Positions 46,010 through 57,072 are shown, numbered from the stretch's first letter. The stretch: 64,000 nt of DNA from Candidatus Poriferihabitaceae bacterium (GCA_965206445.1 CBDBJR010000002.1:520719-584718); one strand, 5' to 3'. Made by a program: numbers and translations. Notes: generated by a model not told the origin, from the sequence alone.

Positions 46010-47638
46010 TCAGGTTGCCGGCGCGTCCGGCGGCGCCGGATAACGGCAGTTTTTGATGTAGCTCAATACTTGCAGAAACGATCGGACGGTATCCTGGTGG
46101 ATCGAGCTTGAGCTCAGGCTCTCGGCGCGGCGGTCACTCAGACGCAGCCGGTGGTTGGAGATGCTGGCTTCACACTGCTGCTCAATGGTGTCGATTTTTG
46201 TTTTGGTGAGTTCTATCCCCGCTGCCTGCCCGAGTGCGAAGTCGTTGACGGTCAGCTGGAGCAGGCTCAGCAGCTCGGCGTGGATCAACGCCAGTTCATC
46301 CCGTCCCTTGCTGGACAGCCGCACCTGCCGGCCCAGCCGTTTGTTCGCCAGGCGCGCCAGATCGTAGGCCACGCTGTCGCCGATATTCTCCATGCAGGTG
46401 GCAAATTGCAGAATTTCATCCAACTGCTGCTCCTGCCGGTGCTCGCGGATATGCCGCCGCGCTTCGGACAGATAGCGCTGGATGGCTTTGTTGCGGGCGT
46501 TGATCTCCTGGTCGAGCGCCGCCAGGCGGTCTATTTCCGCGCGATCACCGGCCTCGAACATCGACAGCGCGCGCGCAAACAGCGACTCGGTGTTGTCGGC
46601 CAGCCGCATGGCCTCGCGCCGGGAGCTGGACAGCGCCAGCGTGGGGTGGTCGATATGGGCCGCATCCAGCCCGCTGCCGGGGTCGATCGACAGGCGATTG
46701 TCGGCCGGCTGTCGGGATTCGATAAAACGCTTGACCGGGCCGGCAATGCTGCCGGCAAACGGGGTGCACAGCAACGCCAGCAGGCCGTTGAACAGCAGGT
46801 GCAGATAGATGATCTGCTCACCGGGCTGGCGGCTCAGCAGGCCGATGTGCGGCAGGATGCGCTCGAGCAGCAGCAGCGCAGTCACCGCCAGCGCACTGCG
46901 CAGCAGCAGATTGGTCAACACTGCCGCATGGATATCCAACTGTCGGCGGTCAACCAGCGGCCAGGCAATCAACCCGGCGCCGATGTTGGCGCCGAGCAGC
47001 ATCGGCACCGCCAACTGCGGCGGTATCAGGCCGGTTTGCGCCAGCGTGCCGGCCACCAGCAACACCGCAATGCTGGAATGCGCCAGCCAGGTCAGCAGGG
47101 CGGTCGCCAGCATGCACAGCCACGGCACCGCGCTTAACGCCAGCAGCAGATCGCTCGCCGCCGCACTGCTGCTCAGCGGCAGGATCTGCTGTCGCATCAA
47201 CCGGATCGACAGCAGGATCAGCCCGAGCCCAATCAACACCCGGCCGAACTGCCGCCAGCGCCAGGGGCGGCTGAGCAGATGCAGGCTGATGCCGCCGCAC
47301 AGGCACAGCGGCGAGAGTATCGACCAATCGAAAAACAGCAGCCGCACCGCCAGCGCCGAGCCGGCATCCGCGCCCAGTATGATCACCACCGCCAGCGGCA
47401 GCGACAGCAGCCCGCTGCCGATAAAAGAGGCGGTCAGCAGGATGGTCGCGGTCGCGCTTTGCATCACCACCGCGGCGACGGCGCCGCATATCAGCGCGTG
47501 GAATCTGGACGCCGTCGCCGCGATAATGAGCTTGCGCAGCTCGGTCGAAAAGGCCCGCTCGACCGCGCTGCGGAGCATATAGCTGCCCCACAACAGCACG
47601 GCAATGCTGCCGGCGAGATGCAGCGGGCTTAAGTCCAT
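46010..47638 (-). CDS. Na+/phosphate symporter family protein with PhoU-like C-terminal domain
   Basis: N-terminal polytopic NptA-like half plus a helical C-terminal half. The start is ATG 47638 (MDLSPLHLAG). Confidence 0.7.
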   Translation of the reverse strand: MDLSPLHLAGSIAVLLWGSYMLRSAVERAFSTELRKLIIAATASRFHALICGAVAAVVMQSATATILLTASFIGSGLLSLPLAVVIILGADAGSALAVRLLFFDWSILSPLCLCGGISLHLLSRPWRWRQFGRVLIGLGLILLSIRLMRQQILPLSSSAAASDLLLALSAVPWLCMLATALLTWLAHSSIAVLLVAGTLAQTGLIPPQLAVPMLLGANIGAGLIAWPLVDRRQLDIHAAVLTNLLLRSALAVTALLLLERILPHIGLLSRQPGEQIIYLHLLFNGLLALLCTPFAGSIAGPVKRFIESRQPADNRLSIDPGSGLDAAHIDHPTLALSSSRREAMRLADNTESLFARALSMFEAGDRAEIDRLAALDQEINARNKAIQRYLSEARRHIREHRQEQQLDEILQFATCMENIGDSVAYDLARLANKRLGRQVRLSSKGRDELALIHAELLSLLQLTVNDFALGQAAGIELTKTKIDTIEQQCEASISNHRLRLSDRRAESLSSSSIHQDTVRSFLQVLSYIKNCRYPAPPDAPAT

Positions 47639-47921
47639 GCGGTGTGCCCCCGGCCACTGACGCCCGCCGGCAACGGGACAGGCGCGCCGTCCGGTGTCCG
47701 GGATGCCCCGGTTGCGGCTGGCGGGGGGCGGCTGGCGGGATGGGCAGTAACGGCGACGGTGGAGCACAGGTGTGGGGCATGGTGCAAGTATAGGGCAGGC
47801 GTGGCGGTTGAGTACAGGCGGCGCGGGTGGTGAGTGGCCGGTTTGTGCTTGCAAAACGCCGGCGGGGGTCGGATAATTTGCGATTCAACTTTAATTGACC
47901 CTTCAACCACCCATTACGCTT

Positions 47922-49274
47922 ATGAACGCACCACTGACCAATGCCAAACTGCTGAATAAAGATCAGCAGCATCTGATTCATCCGCTGCACCATACCGCCG
48001 GCCATGTCGATGGCCGGGTCTGGGTGCGCGGCGAGGGCTCGCACCTGTTCGACGCCGACGGCAACCGCTTTATCGACGGTCTGTCCTGCCTGTGGAATGT
48101 CAGCGCCGGGCACGGGCGCAAAGAGCTGGCCGACGCCGCCCACCGGCAAATGTCGCAGCTGGCATTCAGCTCGAGCTATACCGGCGGCTCGAACCGCCCG
48201 GCAATCGAGCTGGCCGAACGCCTGGCCGAGATAACCTATCCGAATATCAACAACTTCTACTTCACCTCCGGCGGCGGTGAATCCACCGACAGCAATTTCA
48301 AGCTGGCGCGCTTTTATTGGAAGGCGAAAGGCAAGCCGGAAAAAACCAAAGTCATCTCGCGCATCTGGGGCTACCACGGGGTGACCTTCGCCGCCATGTG
48401 CGCCACCGGCATCAGCAGCTACTGGCCACAGTTTGAGCCGCGCATTCCCGGTTTCAGCCACATCCCGGCACCCGACCCGTATCACTACCCGATGCCGACC
48501 GACGGCTCTTCCCAGGGCATTGCCGCCGCCAACGAATTGGAGAAAGAAATTCTCAAGCAGGGGCCGGAAACCGTCGCCATGTTTATCGCCGAGCCGGTGC
48601 AGGGCGCGGGCGGTGTGATTGTGCCGCAGGACGACTATTTTCAGCGCATCCGGGAAATCTGCGATCAGTACGAAGTGCTGCTGGTGTCGGATGAAGTGAT
48701 TACCGGCTTTGGCCGCACCGGCCCGATGTTTGGGCTGGAGCATTACGGCATACAGCCCGACCTGATTCAGTTTGCCAAATCCATCACGTCCGGCGCCGTA
48801 CCGCTGGGCGGCATCGGCCTCAGCGATGAAATTGCCGCCACGGTTACCTCGGGCGCCAAGCCGTGGATGCACGCCTATACCTACAGCGGCCACCCCACCT
48901 GCTGCGCCGTGGCGCTGGCAACGCTGGATATCATTCAGGCGGAAGACCTGCCGGGCCAGGCCGCGGTCAAGGGCAAAAAACTGCTGCAAAACCTTCACCA
49001 GGCGCTGGACGACCTGCCGCACGTCGGCAACGTGCGCGGTTTGGGGCTGATGTGCGGCGTCGAAATCGTCGCCGACAAGGACAGCAAGGCCTGGTTCGAG
49101 GCCGACTTCGGCCTCGGCGCAAAACTCTCCGCCGCGCTGCTCGAGCGCAAACTGTTCACGCGCGTGCGCAACGAAGTCATCTGCCTCGCGCCGCCGCTGT
49201 CCACCGACGAATCGACGCTGGACGAAATCGTCGACATCACCCGCGACACGATTGTCGCTGTGACCGGCAGGTAA
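47922..49274 (+). CDS. Class III (omega) pyridoxal-phosphate aminotransferase
   Basis: Blocks GSHLFDADGNRFIDG, SGGGESTD, LVSDEVITGFGRTG and FAKSITSG (PLP-binding Lys). Confidence 0.85.
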   Translation: MNAPLTNAKLLNKDQQHLIHPLHHTAGHVDGRVWVRGEGSHLFDADGNRFIDGLSCLWNVSAGHGRKELADAAHRQMSQLAFSSSYTGGSNRPAIELAERLAEITYPNINNFYFTSGGGESTDSNFKLARFYWKAKGKPEKTKVISRIWGYHGVTFAAMCATGISSYWPQFEPRIPGFSHIPAPDPYHYPMPTDGSSQGIAAANELEKEILKQGPETVAMFIAEPVQGAGGVIVPQDDYFQRIREICDQYEVLLVSDEVITGFGRTGPMFGLEHYGIQPDLIQFAKSITSGAVPLGGIGLSDEIAATVTSGAKPWMHAYTYSGHPTCCAVALATLDIIQAEDLPGQAAVKGKKLLQNLHQALDDLPHVGNVRGLGLMCGVEIVADKDSKAWFEADFGLGAKLSAALLERKLFTRVRNEVICLAPPLSTDESTLDEIVDITRDTIVAVTGR

Positions 49275-49425
49275 TTGACGCCGCCCCGCCGGCGCCGCGC
49301 TGTTTGCTGCGGCGTCCGGCTATGGGTGCCATCCGCGCTGTCGGGTCGCCGCGTGCTACCGCGGCTATGGGCGCATTGACTATCCCATCCCTATTGCCGT
49401 ACCAAACAAGAGGACAGTTGGCTGC

Positions 49426-50364
49426 GTGATGCCGGTGAAAAAACCCAAACCCGATTGCACCCAGGCCGACACCCAGGCCGACACTCAGGCCAATGCGCGC
49501 CTCGTCAACGGCGAGGCGATAGCGGTGCTGAACAGCCTGCCGGACAACAGCATTGATTTGATTTTTGCCGACCCGCCGTACAATCTTTCCAATAACGGCT
49601 TTACGTGCCATGCCGGGCGGCGAGCCAGTGTCAATAAGGGCGGGTGGGACAAAAGCCGGGGAATAGAACAGGACTTTGAATTTCACTATGACTGGATTGC
49701 GGCGTGCCGCAGGGTTTTGAAAGACAGCGGGTCGTTGTGGATTTCGGGCACCTATCATTCGATTTATGCCTGCGGTTTTGCCTTGCAGCGCCAGGGCTGG
49801 CACGTGCTTAACGAAATCTGCTGGTACAAGCCGAATGCCGCTCCCAATCTGGCGTGCAGAATGTTTGCCGCCAGCCATGAGACCTTGCTGTGGGCGCGCA
49901 AAACAAAGCAGGCAAAGCACACATTCAATTATCAAGTGATGAAAAAAACGGCATGGGCGGGCGATTTCATTAAGAAGCCGGACAGGCAGATGCGCAGTGT
50001 GTGGGCGATCAATACGCCGCGGAAGGGAGAGAAAAAATACGGCAAACACCCGACCCAGAAACCCGAATTGCTGTTGCAGCGAATTATCCTGGCCTGCACA
50101 CATGAGAACGACATTGTGCTCGACCCGTTCTGCGGCAGTGCAACCACCGGCGTCGCGGCGCTGCGGGAAAACAGGAATTTTGTCGGCATTGATTTTGAAT
50201 TGGCGTATCTTGAGAAACTGGCCGTCAAGAGAATTCGTGATGTGCTACAGGCGCGCGCGCCGAGGCCCGAGGTTGCGCAAGCGCAGACGGGTAATCGGTT
50301 GGACGCCGTCGTGCCCAAAGCAGGATGGCCCGAAAGCAAACAGCAGTTTGTGCCGGTTTTTTAG
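49426..50364 (+). CDS. Site-specific DNA methyltransferase (beta-class N6A/N4C), apparently solitary
   Basis: DPPY motif (IFADPPYNL) precedes the AdoMet motif (VLDPFCGSATTGVAA), plus HPTQKP. No adjacent endonuclease candidate. Confidence 0.8.
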   Translation: MMPVKKPKPDCTQADTQADTQANARLVNGEAIAVLNSLPDNSIDLIFADPPYNLSNNGFTCHAGRRASVNKGGWDKSRGIEQDFEFHYDWIAACRRVLKDSGSLWISGTYHSIYACGFALQRQGWHVLNEICWYKPNAAPNLACRMFAASHETLLWARKTKQAKHTFNYQVMKKTAWAGDFIKKPDRQMRSVWAINTPRKGEKKYGKHPTQKPELLLQRIILACTHENDIVLDPFCGSATTGVAALRENRNFVGIDFELAYLEKLAVKRIRDVLQARAPRPEVAQAQTGNRLDAVVPKAGWPESKQQFVPVF

Positions 50365-50375
50365 CCCGGGTCGGC

Positions 50376-50540
50376 GTTGGCCAAATCAGGTAGCCATTGG
50401 CTAATATCAGGTATGCCAATGGCATATATCAGGTATGCCATTGGCATATATCAAGTATGCCATTGGCATACATCAAGTATGCTATTGGCTAATATCAGGT
50501 AAGCCATTGGCCTATAGTAACCGTTGGCTAATATCAATCA
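50376..50540. repeat. ~21-22-bp tandem repeat, ~7 copies (atatcaggtatgccattggcat)
   Basis: Read directly. Each unit contains an imperfect palindrome (T)GCCAWTGGC(A). It sits between the convergent MTase and MFS genes. Confidence 0.9.
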
Positions 50541-50576
50541 GCAAACAAAACGCCGGTCAAAATCCATAACGGATGC

Positions 50577-51755
50577 TCACCGCAGCCGCGCCGGAATGTA
50601 GCGACAAAACCCGGTGGCGGTGAACATCCATAGCGCTGCCGTCGCAAACACCATCGGCAGCGCAAAGTAGTGCAGCAGTACGGCAAACAGCCCCGGCGTG
50701 AGTATCTGCCCGGTATCGCGGTAGGTCACGAATATGGCCGACATGGCGGCCTGTTCATGCGCGCGGACTACGCGGAAAAACAGCACGTTGCCGACCCCGT
50801 CCAGCATCGTGGCGCCCAGCGCCGACATAACCAGCAGCACCGATGCCGTCAACGGCATCGCGGCCAGTCCGTAAACGCACAGGCTGAACAGGCCGGTCGT
50901 GGCATACCCGAGGGCCAGCACTTTGCGCACGCCGTAACGCCGCGCAACCCACCCCCACAGCGGCACCGAAAAAGTCCAGGCGGTGCCAATCGATACCAGC
51001 GCCGCGCCGGTCAGCTCACCCAGCCCCGAAGCGGTGGCATAAATCGGCGTATAGATCACGAACATGGTCCACCAGCAGGAGCGCGCCATGGTCAGGCTGT
51101 AAGCCAGCACCAGCCGCGGCTGCTTGAAATACCGCGCCAGGTGATTGAGCGGATTGACGCCGGCAGAGGTCGGGGCGCGAAATGGCAGGTGCCGCAGCCC
51201 GAGTCGATGAAAGCACCCCAGCGACACCAGCGTGCACAGCGCACAGAGGACAAAGGGCAGCGCGTGTGCCACGTTGCGTTCGAGGTACACCCCGAGAAAA
51301 GGGCCGATGGTCAGCGCCACTACGGTAAACACGATCCGCAGCGGCTCAAACCCGGTCAACTCATTGCGCGGAATTTTGGTCAGCACCAGCAGGGACAGCA
51401 CCACTTCCGCCGAGGCGATGGAAAACGCGTGGCAGAACAGGCCGATAGAAAAAATGGTCACCTGATCCAGCGACATCAGCGCCGCCGATGCGATCATGGC
51501 CGCGCAGGAGAACAGGAAGGCGCGGTAAACCCCGACCAGTTTGATCACCAGCGGCTGCACCAGAGCCGCGATGATGCCGCCGACCGCGACGATGAACAGC
51601 AGCGCACTGGCATCTCGCGGGCTGCCCAGCAATTCCAGCGCCTGCAGCGGGATGATCGAGAGCATCATCCCGCGCGGCAGGGCTTGCAGCAGGAAAAAAA
51701 ACGCCAGCCCCGCGTATTTGGAATAAAAAGCGAATCGAGGCAGGATAATCGGCAC
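50577..51755 (-). CDS. MFS transporter
   Basis: 392 aa, ~12 TM helices. Confidence 0.8.
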   Translation of the reverse strand: MPIILPRFAFYSKYAGLAFFFLLQALPRGMMLSIIPLQALELLGSPRDASALLFIVAVGGIIAALVQPLVIKLVGVYRAFLFSCAAMIASAALMSLDQVTIFSIGLFCHAFSIASAEVVLSLLVLTKIPRNELTGFEPLRIVFTVVALTIGPFLGVYLERNVAHALPFVLCALCTLVSLGCFHRLGLRHLPFRAPTSAGVNPLNHLARYFKQPRLVLAYSLTMARSCWWTMFVIYTPIYATASGLGELTGAALVSIGTAWTFSVPLWGWVARRYGVRKVLALGYATTGLFSLCVYGLAAMPLTASVLLVMSALGATMLDGVGNVLFFRVVRAHEQAAMSAIFVTYRDTGQILTPGLFAVLLHYFALPMVFATAALWMFTATGFCRYIPARLR

Positions 51756-51960
51756 CGGATGGCATGGGTGAAACCGTGCATCCTAATGCAAATCTGCGCT
51801 CACGGGCGGAATAATTTTGGGGTTAAAGCCGGCGCGTTTTTATGTTTTGAGATTTCAGATCAAATGTGCGACTATTGCTGCGTATTTGATTGATTAACCC
51901 GCGATGAAGCAGCCGACTGCATTTTCGCAGGCGGTGTCCTGGTAAAACCCGTACGGAGGA

Positions 51961-53571
51961 ATGATGAAACCATCGAATAGATCGAAATCCCAGCGGTATG
52001 TCGGCGATCGGTATACCGGCAATGTATCGAGACGTGATTTTTTACAGCAAACCGGCGTACTCGGCCTGGCTTCGGCCATTCCGTCCGCATTGATCGGCGG
52101 CAGTGCGCAGGCGGCAACCCCCCGGCGGGGCGGGCATTTGCGGGTGGCAACCGTGCAAGGGTCGTCAACCGATCGACTCGACCCGACCCAGCTGACCAGC
52201 GGGCACACCAATTTTCTGTTTTACGCGATGCATAATTGTCTCACCGAGGTGGGCCCGGATGGCCGGTTGGCGCCGCTGCTGGCAGAGTCTTTCGAGCCGG
52301 GCGCCGACCCGTCCGAATGGATTTTCAAACTGCGCACCGGGGTCGAATTCCACAACGGCAAGTCGCTGACGGCCAACGATGTTATCGCCTCGCTCGACCG
52401 CCATCGCGGCGACGCTTCGGCCTCGGCGATGAAGTCCTTTATGGAAGAAATCGTCAGCATGACCAGCGACGGCGACCACGTTGTCAAGTTGAAGCTGAAA
52501 TCACCCAGCGTCGATTTTCCGGTTATTTTAAGCGCCAGTTCCCTGTCCATACTGCCGGCAAAAGACGGCCGGATTGAGACGTTCGATATCGGCAATGGCG
52601 CCTATATGCTCGAAGAGTTCGAACCGGGGCAATATTCCCGCTTGAAACGGAATCCCAATTATTATCTGTCGGATCGGGCATTCGTCGACTCGGCGGAAAT
52701 TCTGACCATCGCCGATTCGACCGCGCGACAAAATGCGCTGGTCACCGATGCGGTGGATGTCATCGGCGATGTCGATGCGACCACCGCCGATTTGCTGGCT
52801 CTCAACCCGCGGCTGAGCATTTTGGATATCACCAGCACCCAGCACTACACCTTCCCGATGCGCACCGATCTCGCGCCGTTTGACAATAACCACGTGCGCA
52901 TGGCGCTCAAGTTGTCGATCGACCGGGAAGAGGTGCTGGAAAAGGTGTTAAACGGCTATGGTCTGGTTGGCAACGACCACCCGATTTCACCGGCAAATCG
53001 CTACTACAACGCCGAGCTCGAACAGCGTACATACGACCCGGAGAAAGCAAAGTGGCATTTGCAGCAGGCCGGGCTGAGCAGCCTCAAGGTCGAATTGAGT
53101 GCGTCTGACGGGCTGTATGCCGGCGCGGTCGATACCACGGTGCTGTTCAGCGAACACGCCAAACAGTCCGGTATCGAGCTGACCCCCAAACGGGTTCCTG
53201 ACGACGGCTACTGGTCGGACGTCTGGCTCAAACACCCGTGGTGTGCGAGCTACTGGAGCGGGCGCCCAACCGAAGACTGGATGTTTACCCAGGGGTACTC
53301 GGCGGGCTCCAACTGGAATGAAACCTTCTGGAAAAACGAGCGTTTCAATCAACTGCTGGTCGCGGCACGCGCTGAGCTGGATGATAACCAGCGGCGTCAA
53401 ATGTATTATGAAATGCAGGCCATTTGCCGCGATGATGGCGGCTCGGTTATCCACGCCTTTGCCAACCACATTTCGGCGCACAGCGAGCAGGTCGGCGTGC
53501 CCGAGACGGTTGCCGGCAACTGGGAGTTCGACGGCTATAAGCTGATTGAACGGTGGTGGCTGAACGGATAA
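51961..53571 (+). CDS. ABC transporter substrate-binding protein, family 5 (peptide/nickel/opine type), Tat-exported
   Basis: Twin-arginine signal SRRDFLQQTGVLGLASA. Its size and blocks are typical of SBP_bac_5. Confidence 0.8.
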   Translation: MMKPSNRSKSQRYVGDRYTGNVSRRDFLQQTGVLGLASAIPSALIGGSAQAATPRRGGHLRVATVQGSSTDRLDPTQLTSGHTNFLFYAMHNCLTEVGPDGRLAPLLAESFEPGADPSEWIFKLRTGVEFHNGKSLTANDVIASLDRHRGDASASAMKSFMEEIVSMTSDGDHVVKLKLKSPSVDFPVILSASSLSILPAKDGRIETFDIGNGAYMLEEFEPGQYSRLKRNPNYYLSDRAFVDSAEILTIADSTARQNALVTDAVDVIGDVDATTADLLALNPRLSILDITSTQHYTFPMRTDLAPFDNNHVRMALKLSIDREEVLEKVLNGYGLVGNDHPISPANRYYNAELEQRTYDPEKAKWHLQQAGLSSLKVELSASDGLYAGAVDTTVLFSEHAKQSGIELTPKRVPDDGYWSDVWLKHPWCASYWSGRPTEDWMFTQGYSAGSNWNETFWKNERFNQLLVAARAELDDNQRRQMYYEMQAICRDDGGSVIHAFANHISAHSEQVGVPETVAGNWEFDGYKLIERWWLNG

Positions 53572-53704
53572 GCACCGCCGGGAGAAGGGTGTTTTGCAGT
53601 CTGTTCCGGCGGCCGGCGGGTCGCCGGATTTTGCTGGCCCGGCTGACCTGGCCGGTACGACTTGATGCGCGCCGCCGGAAATTGCCGATACCGTCGGCGT
53701 CGCG

Positions 53705-55150
53705 ATGAGTGCAGCCGAAACCCGCCGCCGCGGTGACCGGGGGCACCGGGCCAAGGCCGAGCGCAAGGTCAATGCCGCCCATGCGACCACCAAACTGACG
53801 CAACACGTCGCACTCGAGCTGGTCGATGCGTCGCAGGCGGCGCGTATCCACGCGACGGTCAAGTCTATCCTGTGGCAGGTCGGGGTCATCATCGAGCATC
53901 AGCCGACGCGCGATTTGCTGGTCAAGCAGCACGGCTGTCGTCAGGATAGCGACGGGCGTATTCACCTGATGCCGGAGCTGGTTGAGCGGGCGATCGCCAG
54001 CGTTCCCGACCGCATCCGGCTCTACGATCAGGACGGCAATCTGCGGGTGGATACCGCCAGCCGGATGGCGAGTTTTTGCCCGGGGCATAACTGCGTCCGC
54101 ATTCTCGACTTTCGCAGCGGCGAGCTGCGGCCCTGCCGACTGGACGATATTCGAGAAACCGCGAAACTGTGCCAGCAACTGGCCAATATCGATATGGTGT
54201 GTTCGCTCGGCTACCCGAGCGAGGTGCCGCCGGAGGATGAAGTCGTCGCAACGGTGCGCGCGATGTATGAGCATTGCAGCAAGCCGGCGGCATTGCTGGC
54301 GCATGATGAAGTCATTCAGGAGCGCATGCTGAACCTGATCGCCGATATGACCGGCGGCTGGAGTCGGATGGCCGATAAACCGGTCTGCCTCGAACTGATG
54401 GGGCCGGTATCGCCGCTTAAGCTGCCCGCAGAGCTATGCCTTAGACTGATCAACTGCGCGCGCTGGCGCATCCCGGTGGTCTGTTATCCGGCGACCTTTC
54501 CCGGCATGTCCTGCCCGATCTCCAATGCCGGTGCGATCGCGCAGTCTTCCGCCGAGGCGATTGCCGGCATCGTCGTGCACCAGCTGGTTGAGCCCGGGGC
54601 GCCGGTCATGAGTGGCTCCGCCATCCTGCCGATGGACCTGCGCCAGGCGAATCTGGCGTATGGGTCGCCCGAGTACATGCTGGCGGGGCTCGGTGCCAGC
54701 GATTATTTTCGCTCGATTGGCATCCCGTCATGGGTGGGTGCGGGCTGCTCCGATTCACACCAATTCGATGCCCAGGCGGCGGCCGAAGCGGGCGCCAACC
54801 TGGCAATCGCAGCGCTGGCCTCGACGCCGTTTGTGCATAACCTCGGGTTTTTGTCCGGCGGTCGGACCGGCTCGCTGCAACTGCTGGTACTGTGTGACGA
54901 GCTGATCGGCTGGTCAAGCAAGATGGCGGCCGGGGTGGACGTGACCGCGGATACGATTGCGCTCGAGGTGGTCAGGCGTGCCGCCCACGATAATGCGTAT
55001 TTGACCGACGACCACACCCAGGAGCGATTTTTAACCGAAAACTGGTATCCGGGGCTGTGCGAGCGCTCCGATGCCGATGCCTGGCTTGAGGCCGGCGGGC
55101 GGGATATGACGGCACGGGTCAATCAGCGCCTGCGGGAATTGCTCGGTTAG
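53705..55150 (+). CDS. MttB-family (trimethylamine methyltransferase-like, non-pyrrolysine) methyltransferase
   Basis: 481 aa with no in-frame stop. N-terminal blocks (ILWQVGV...HLMPELVERAI..VP) resemble MttB superfamily members. The start is uncertain. Confidence 0.6.
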   Translation: MSAAETRRRGDRGHRAKAERKVNAAHATTKLTQHVALELVDASQAARIHATVKSILWQVGVIIEHQPTRDLLVKQHGCRQDSDGRIHLMPELVERAIASVPDRIRLYDQDGNLRVDTASRMASFCPGHNCVRILDFRSGELRPCRLDDIRETAKLCQQLANIDMVCSLGYPSEVPPEDEVVATVRAMYEHCSKPAALLAHDEVIQERMLNLIADMTGGWSRMADKPVCLELMGPVSPLKLPAELCLRLINCARWRIPVVCYPATFPGMSCPISNAGAIAQSSAEAIAGIVVHQLVEPGAPVMSGSAILPMDLRQANLAYGSPEYMLAGLGASDYFRSIGIPSWVGAGCSDSHQFDAQAAAEAGANLAIAALASTPFVHNLGFLSGGRTGSLQLLVLCDELIGWSSKMAAGVDVTADTIALEVVRRAAHDNAYLTDDHTQERFLTENWYPGLCERSDADAWLEAGGRDMTARVNQRLRELLG

Positions 55151-55219
55151 CGTCGATGCGTGCTATCGGGTCGCGACAGGCAGCACACGCGGACGCATGC
55201 GCCCGGTAAAGGTGACCGC

Positions 55220-56176
55220 GTGAACCCTATCGTCCGCATGCTGGCGCAGCGGATTGCGCTCGGCCTGTTGATTCTGTTTGTGGTTTCGCTGATTATTTTT
55301 CTCGGCGTCTCGATGCTGCCGGGCGATGCGGCGCAGGCGATTCTGGGGCAGGCCGCCACCCCCGATACGCTGGCCGCGTTGCGCCGGCAATTGGGCCTCG
55401 ATCTGCCCGCACATACGCGCTACATCCGTTGGCTGGGCGGTATTTTGCAGGGCGATTTTGGCACCTCGATCGGCAATGGCCGGGTAATCGGCGACTTCAT
55501 CGGTGTGCGCTTTTCGAATACCCTTTTCCTGGCGGCGTTTGCCGCCTGCATCGCGGTGCCATTGGCGCTGGCGCTTGGGATTCTGGCGGCGTTGTATCGC
55601 AATTCGCTGTACGATCGCAGTGTCAATGCGCTAACCCTGACCTCGATTTCGACGCCCGAGTTTTTTGTCGCCTACATTCTGATCCTGTTTGTCTCGGTAA
55701 AAGCCGGCTGGTTTCCGAGTCTGTCGAATATCCAGGCCGATACGACCTGGTTCGAGCGGCTGGAAAAAACCCTGCTGCCGGCGATCACGCTGTCGCTGGT
55801 GTCGATTGCGCACATGATGCGCATGACGCGCGCCGCGATCATTAGTCTGTTATCGCACCCCTACATCGAGATGGCGGCGCTCAAGGGGATGAAAAAATCC
55901 TGGATCATCCTCCACCACGCGCTGCCCAATGCCTGGGCGCCGATCGTCAACGTGGTGGTGCTGAATCTGGCCTATCTGGTGGTCGGCGTGGTCGTGGTCG
56001 AGGTCGTGTTCGTGTATCCGGGGCTCGGCCAATTGCTGGTCGACGCGGTGCAGCGGCGCGATATGCCGGTGGTGCAGGCCTGCTGTTTGATTTTTGCCGC
56101 CACCTACGTCGGTTTGAATCTGGTCGCCGATATCCTGTCGATTCTGACCAACCCGCGGCTGCTGCACCCCAAATGA
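55220..56176 (+). CDS. ABC transporter permease (DppB/OppB-like)
   Basis: Polytopic protein with an EAA-like loop. A GTG start at 55220 after aggtga is proposed. Confidence 0.8.
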   Translation: MNPIVRMLAQRIALGLLILFVVSLIIFLGVSMLPGDAAQAILGQAATPDTLAALRRQLGLDLPAHTRYIRWLGGILQGDFGTSIGNGRVIGDFIGVRFSNTLFLAAFAACIAVPLALALGILAALYRNSLYDRSVNALTLTSISTPEFFVAYILILFVSVKAGWFPSLSNIQADTTWFERLEKTLLPAITLSLVSIAHMMRMTRAAIISLLSHPYIEMAALKGMKKSWIILHHALPNAWAPIVNVVVLNLAYLVVGVVVVEVVFVYPGLGQLLVDAVQRRDMPVVQACCLIFAATYVGLNLVADILSILTNPRLLHPK

Positions 56177-57063
56177 GCGCGTCGACGGCACCACCGCAGC
56201 CGACGCCGCTCGAGGGCGCAAAAACCTCCCGTACGGCGCGCGCGATCAAGGCGCTGATTGCCGCGCCAATCAGCGCCAAACTGAGCCTGCTGGTGATTCT
56301 CGTCTATGTGCTCACGGCGATTTTCGCACCGTTGATTGCGCCTTTTGGCGAGTCCGAAATTGTCGGTAAAAAATACCTGCAGTGGAGCGGTGAGTTTCTG
56401 CTGGGCACGGATAATCTGGGGCGCGATATGCTGACCCGGATCATTTACGGTGCGCGCAACACGGTCGGAGTGGCGTTGGTGACGACGGTCTATGCATTCC
56501 TGCTGGGCGGGGCGCTCGGCATCATCGCGGCGGTCGTCGGCGGCTGGGCCGATCAGCTGTTGAGCCGCATCGTCGATGTGTTCATGGCCATCCCGGCGCT
56601 GATTTTTGCCATGCTGCTGCTGTCGATTTTCGGCACCTCGATTCTCAGTCTGGTGCTGATCATCGGCTTGCTGGATGCAACCCGGGTGTTTCGCATTGCC
56701 CGCGCGGTGAGCCTCAACGTGGTCGTCATGGACTATGTCGAAGCCGCCAGATTGCGCGGCGAGAAGCTGCCGTGGATTGTCGTGCGCGAGATACTGCCCA
56801 ATATTTCGGCGCCGATGGCGGCCGAATTCGGCATCCGGTTTTGTTTCGTATTTTTGACTATCAGCGCACTGAGTTTTCTCGGCCTCGGCATCCAGCCGCC
56901 GACCGCGGACTGGGGTTCGATGGTGCGCGACACGGCGGATCTGATTACCTTTGAACAGTATACGCCGCTGATTCCCGCGGCGGCGATTGCGGTGTTGACC
57001 ATCGGGGTTAATTTTGTCGTCGACTGGTTCCTGCACCAAACCAGCGGGCTCAAAGATGAATGA
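56173..57063 (+). CDS. ABC transporter permease (DppC/OppC-like)
   Basis: Polytopic protein that overlaps the preceding stop by 4 nt. Confidence 0.8.
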   Translation: MSASTAPPQPTPLEGAKTSRTARAIKALIAAPISAKLSLLVILVYVLTAIFAPLIAPFGESEIVGKKYLQWSGEFLLGTDNLGRDMLTRIIYGARNTVGVALVTTVYAFLLGGALGIIAAVVGGWADQLLSRIVDVFMAIPALIFAMLLLSIFGTSILSLVLIIGLLDATRVFRIARAVSLNVVVMDYVEAARLRGEKLPWIVVREILPNISAPMAAEFGIRFCFVFLTISALSFLGLGIQPPTADWGSMVRDTADLITFEQYTPLIPAAAIAVLTIGVNFVVDWFLHQTSGLKDE

Positions 57064-57072
57064 GGCATCAAG

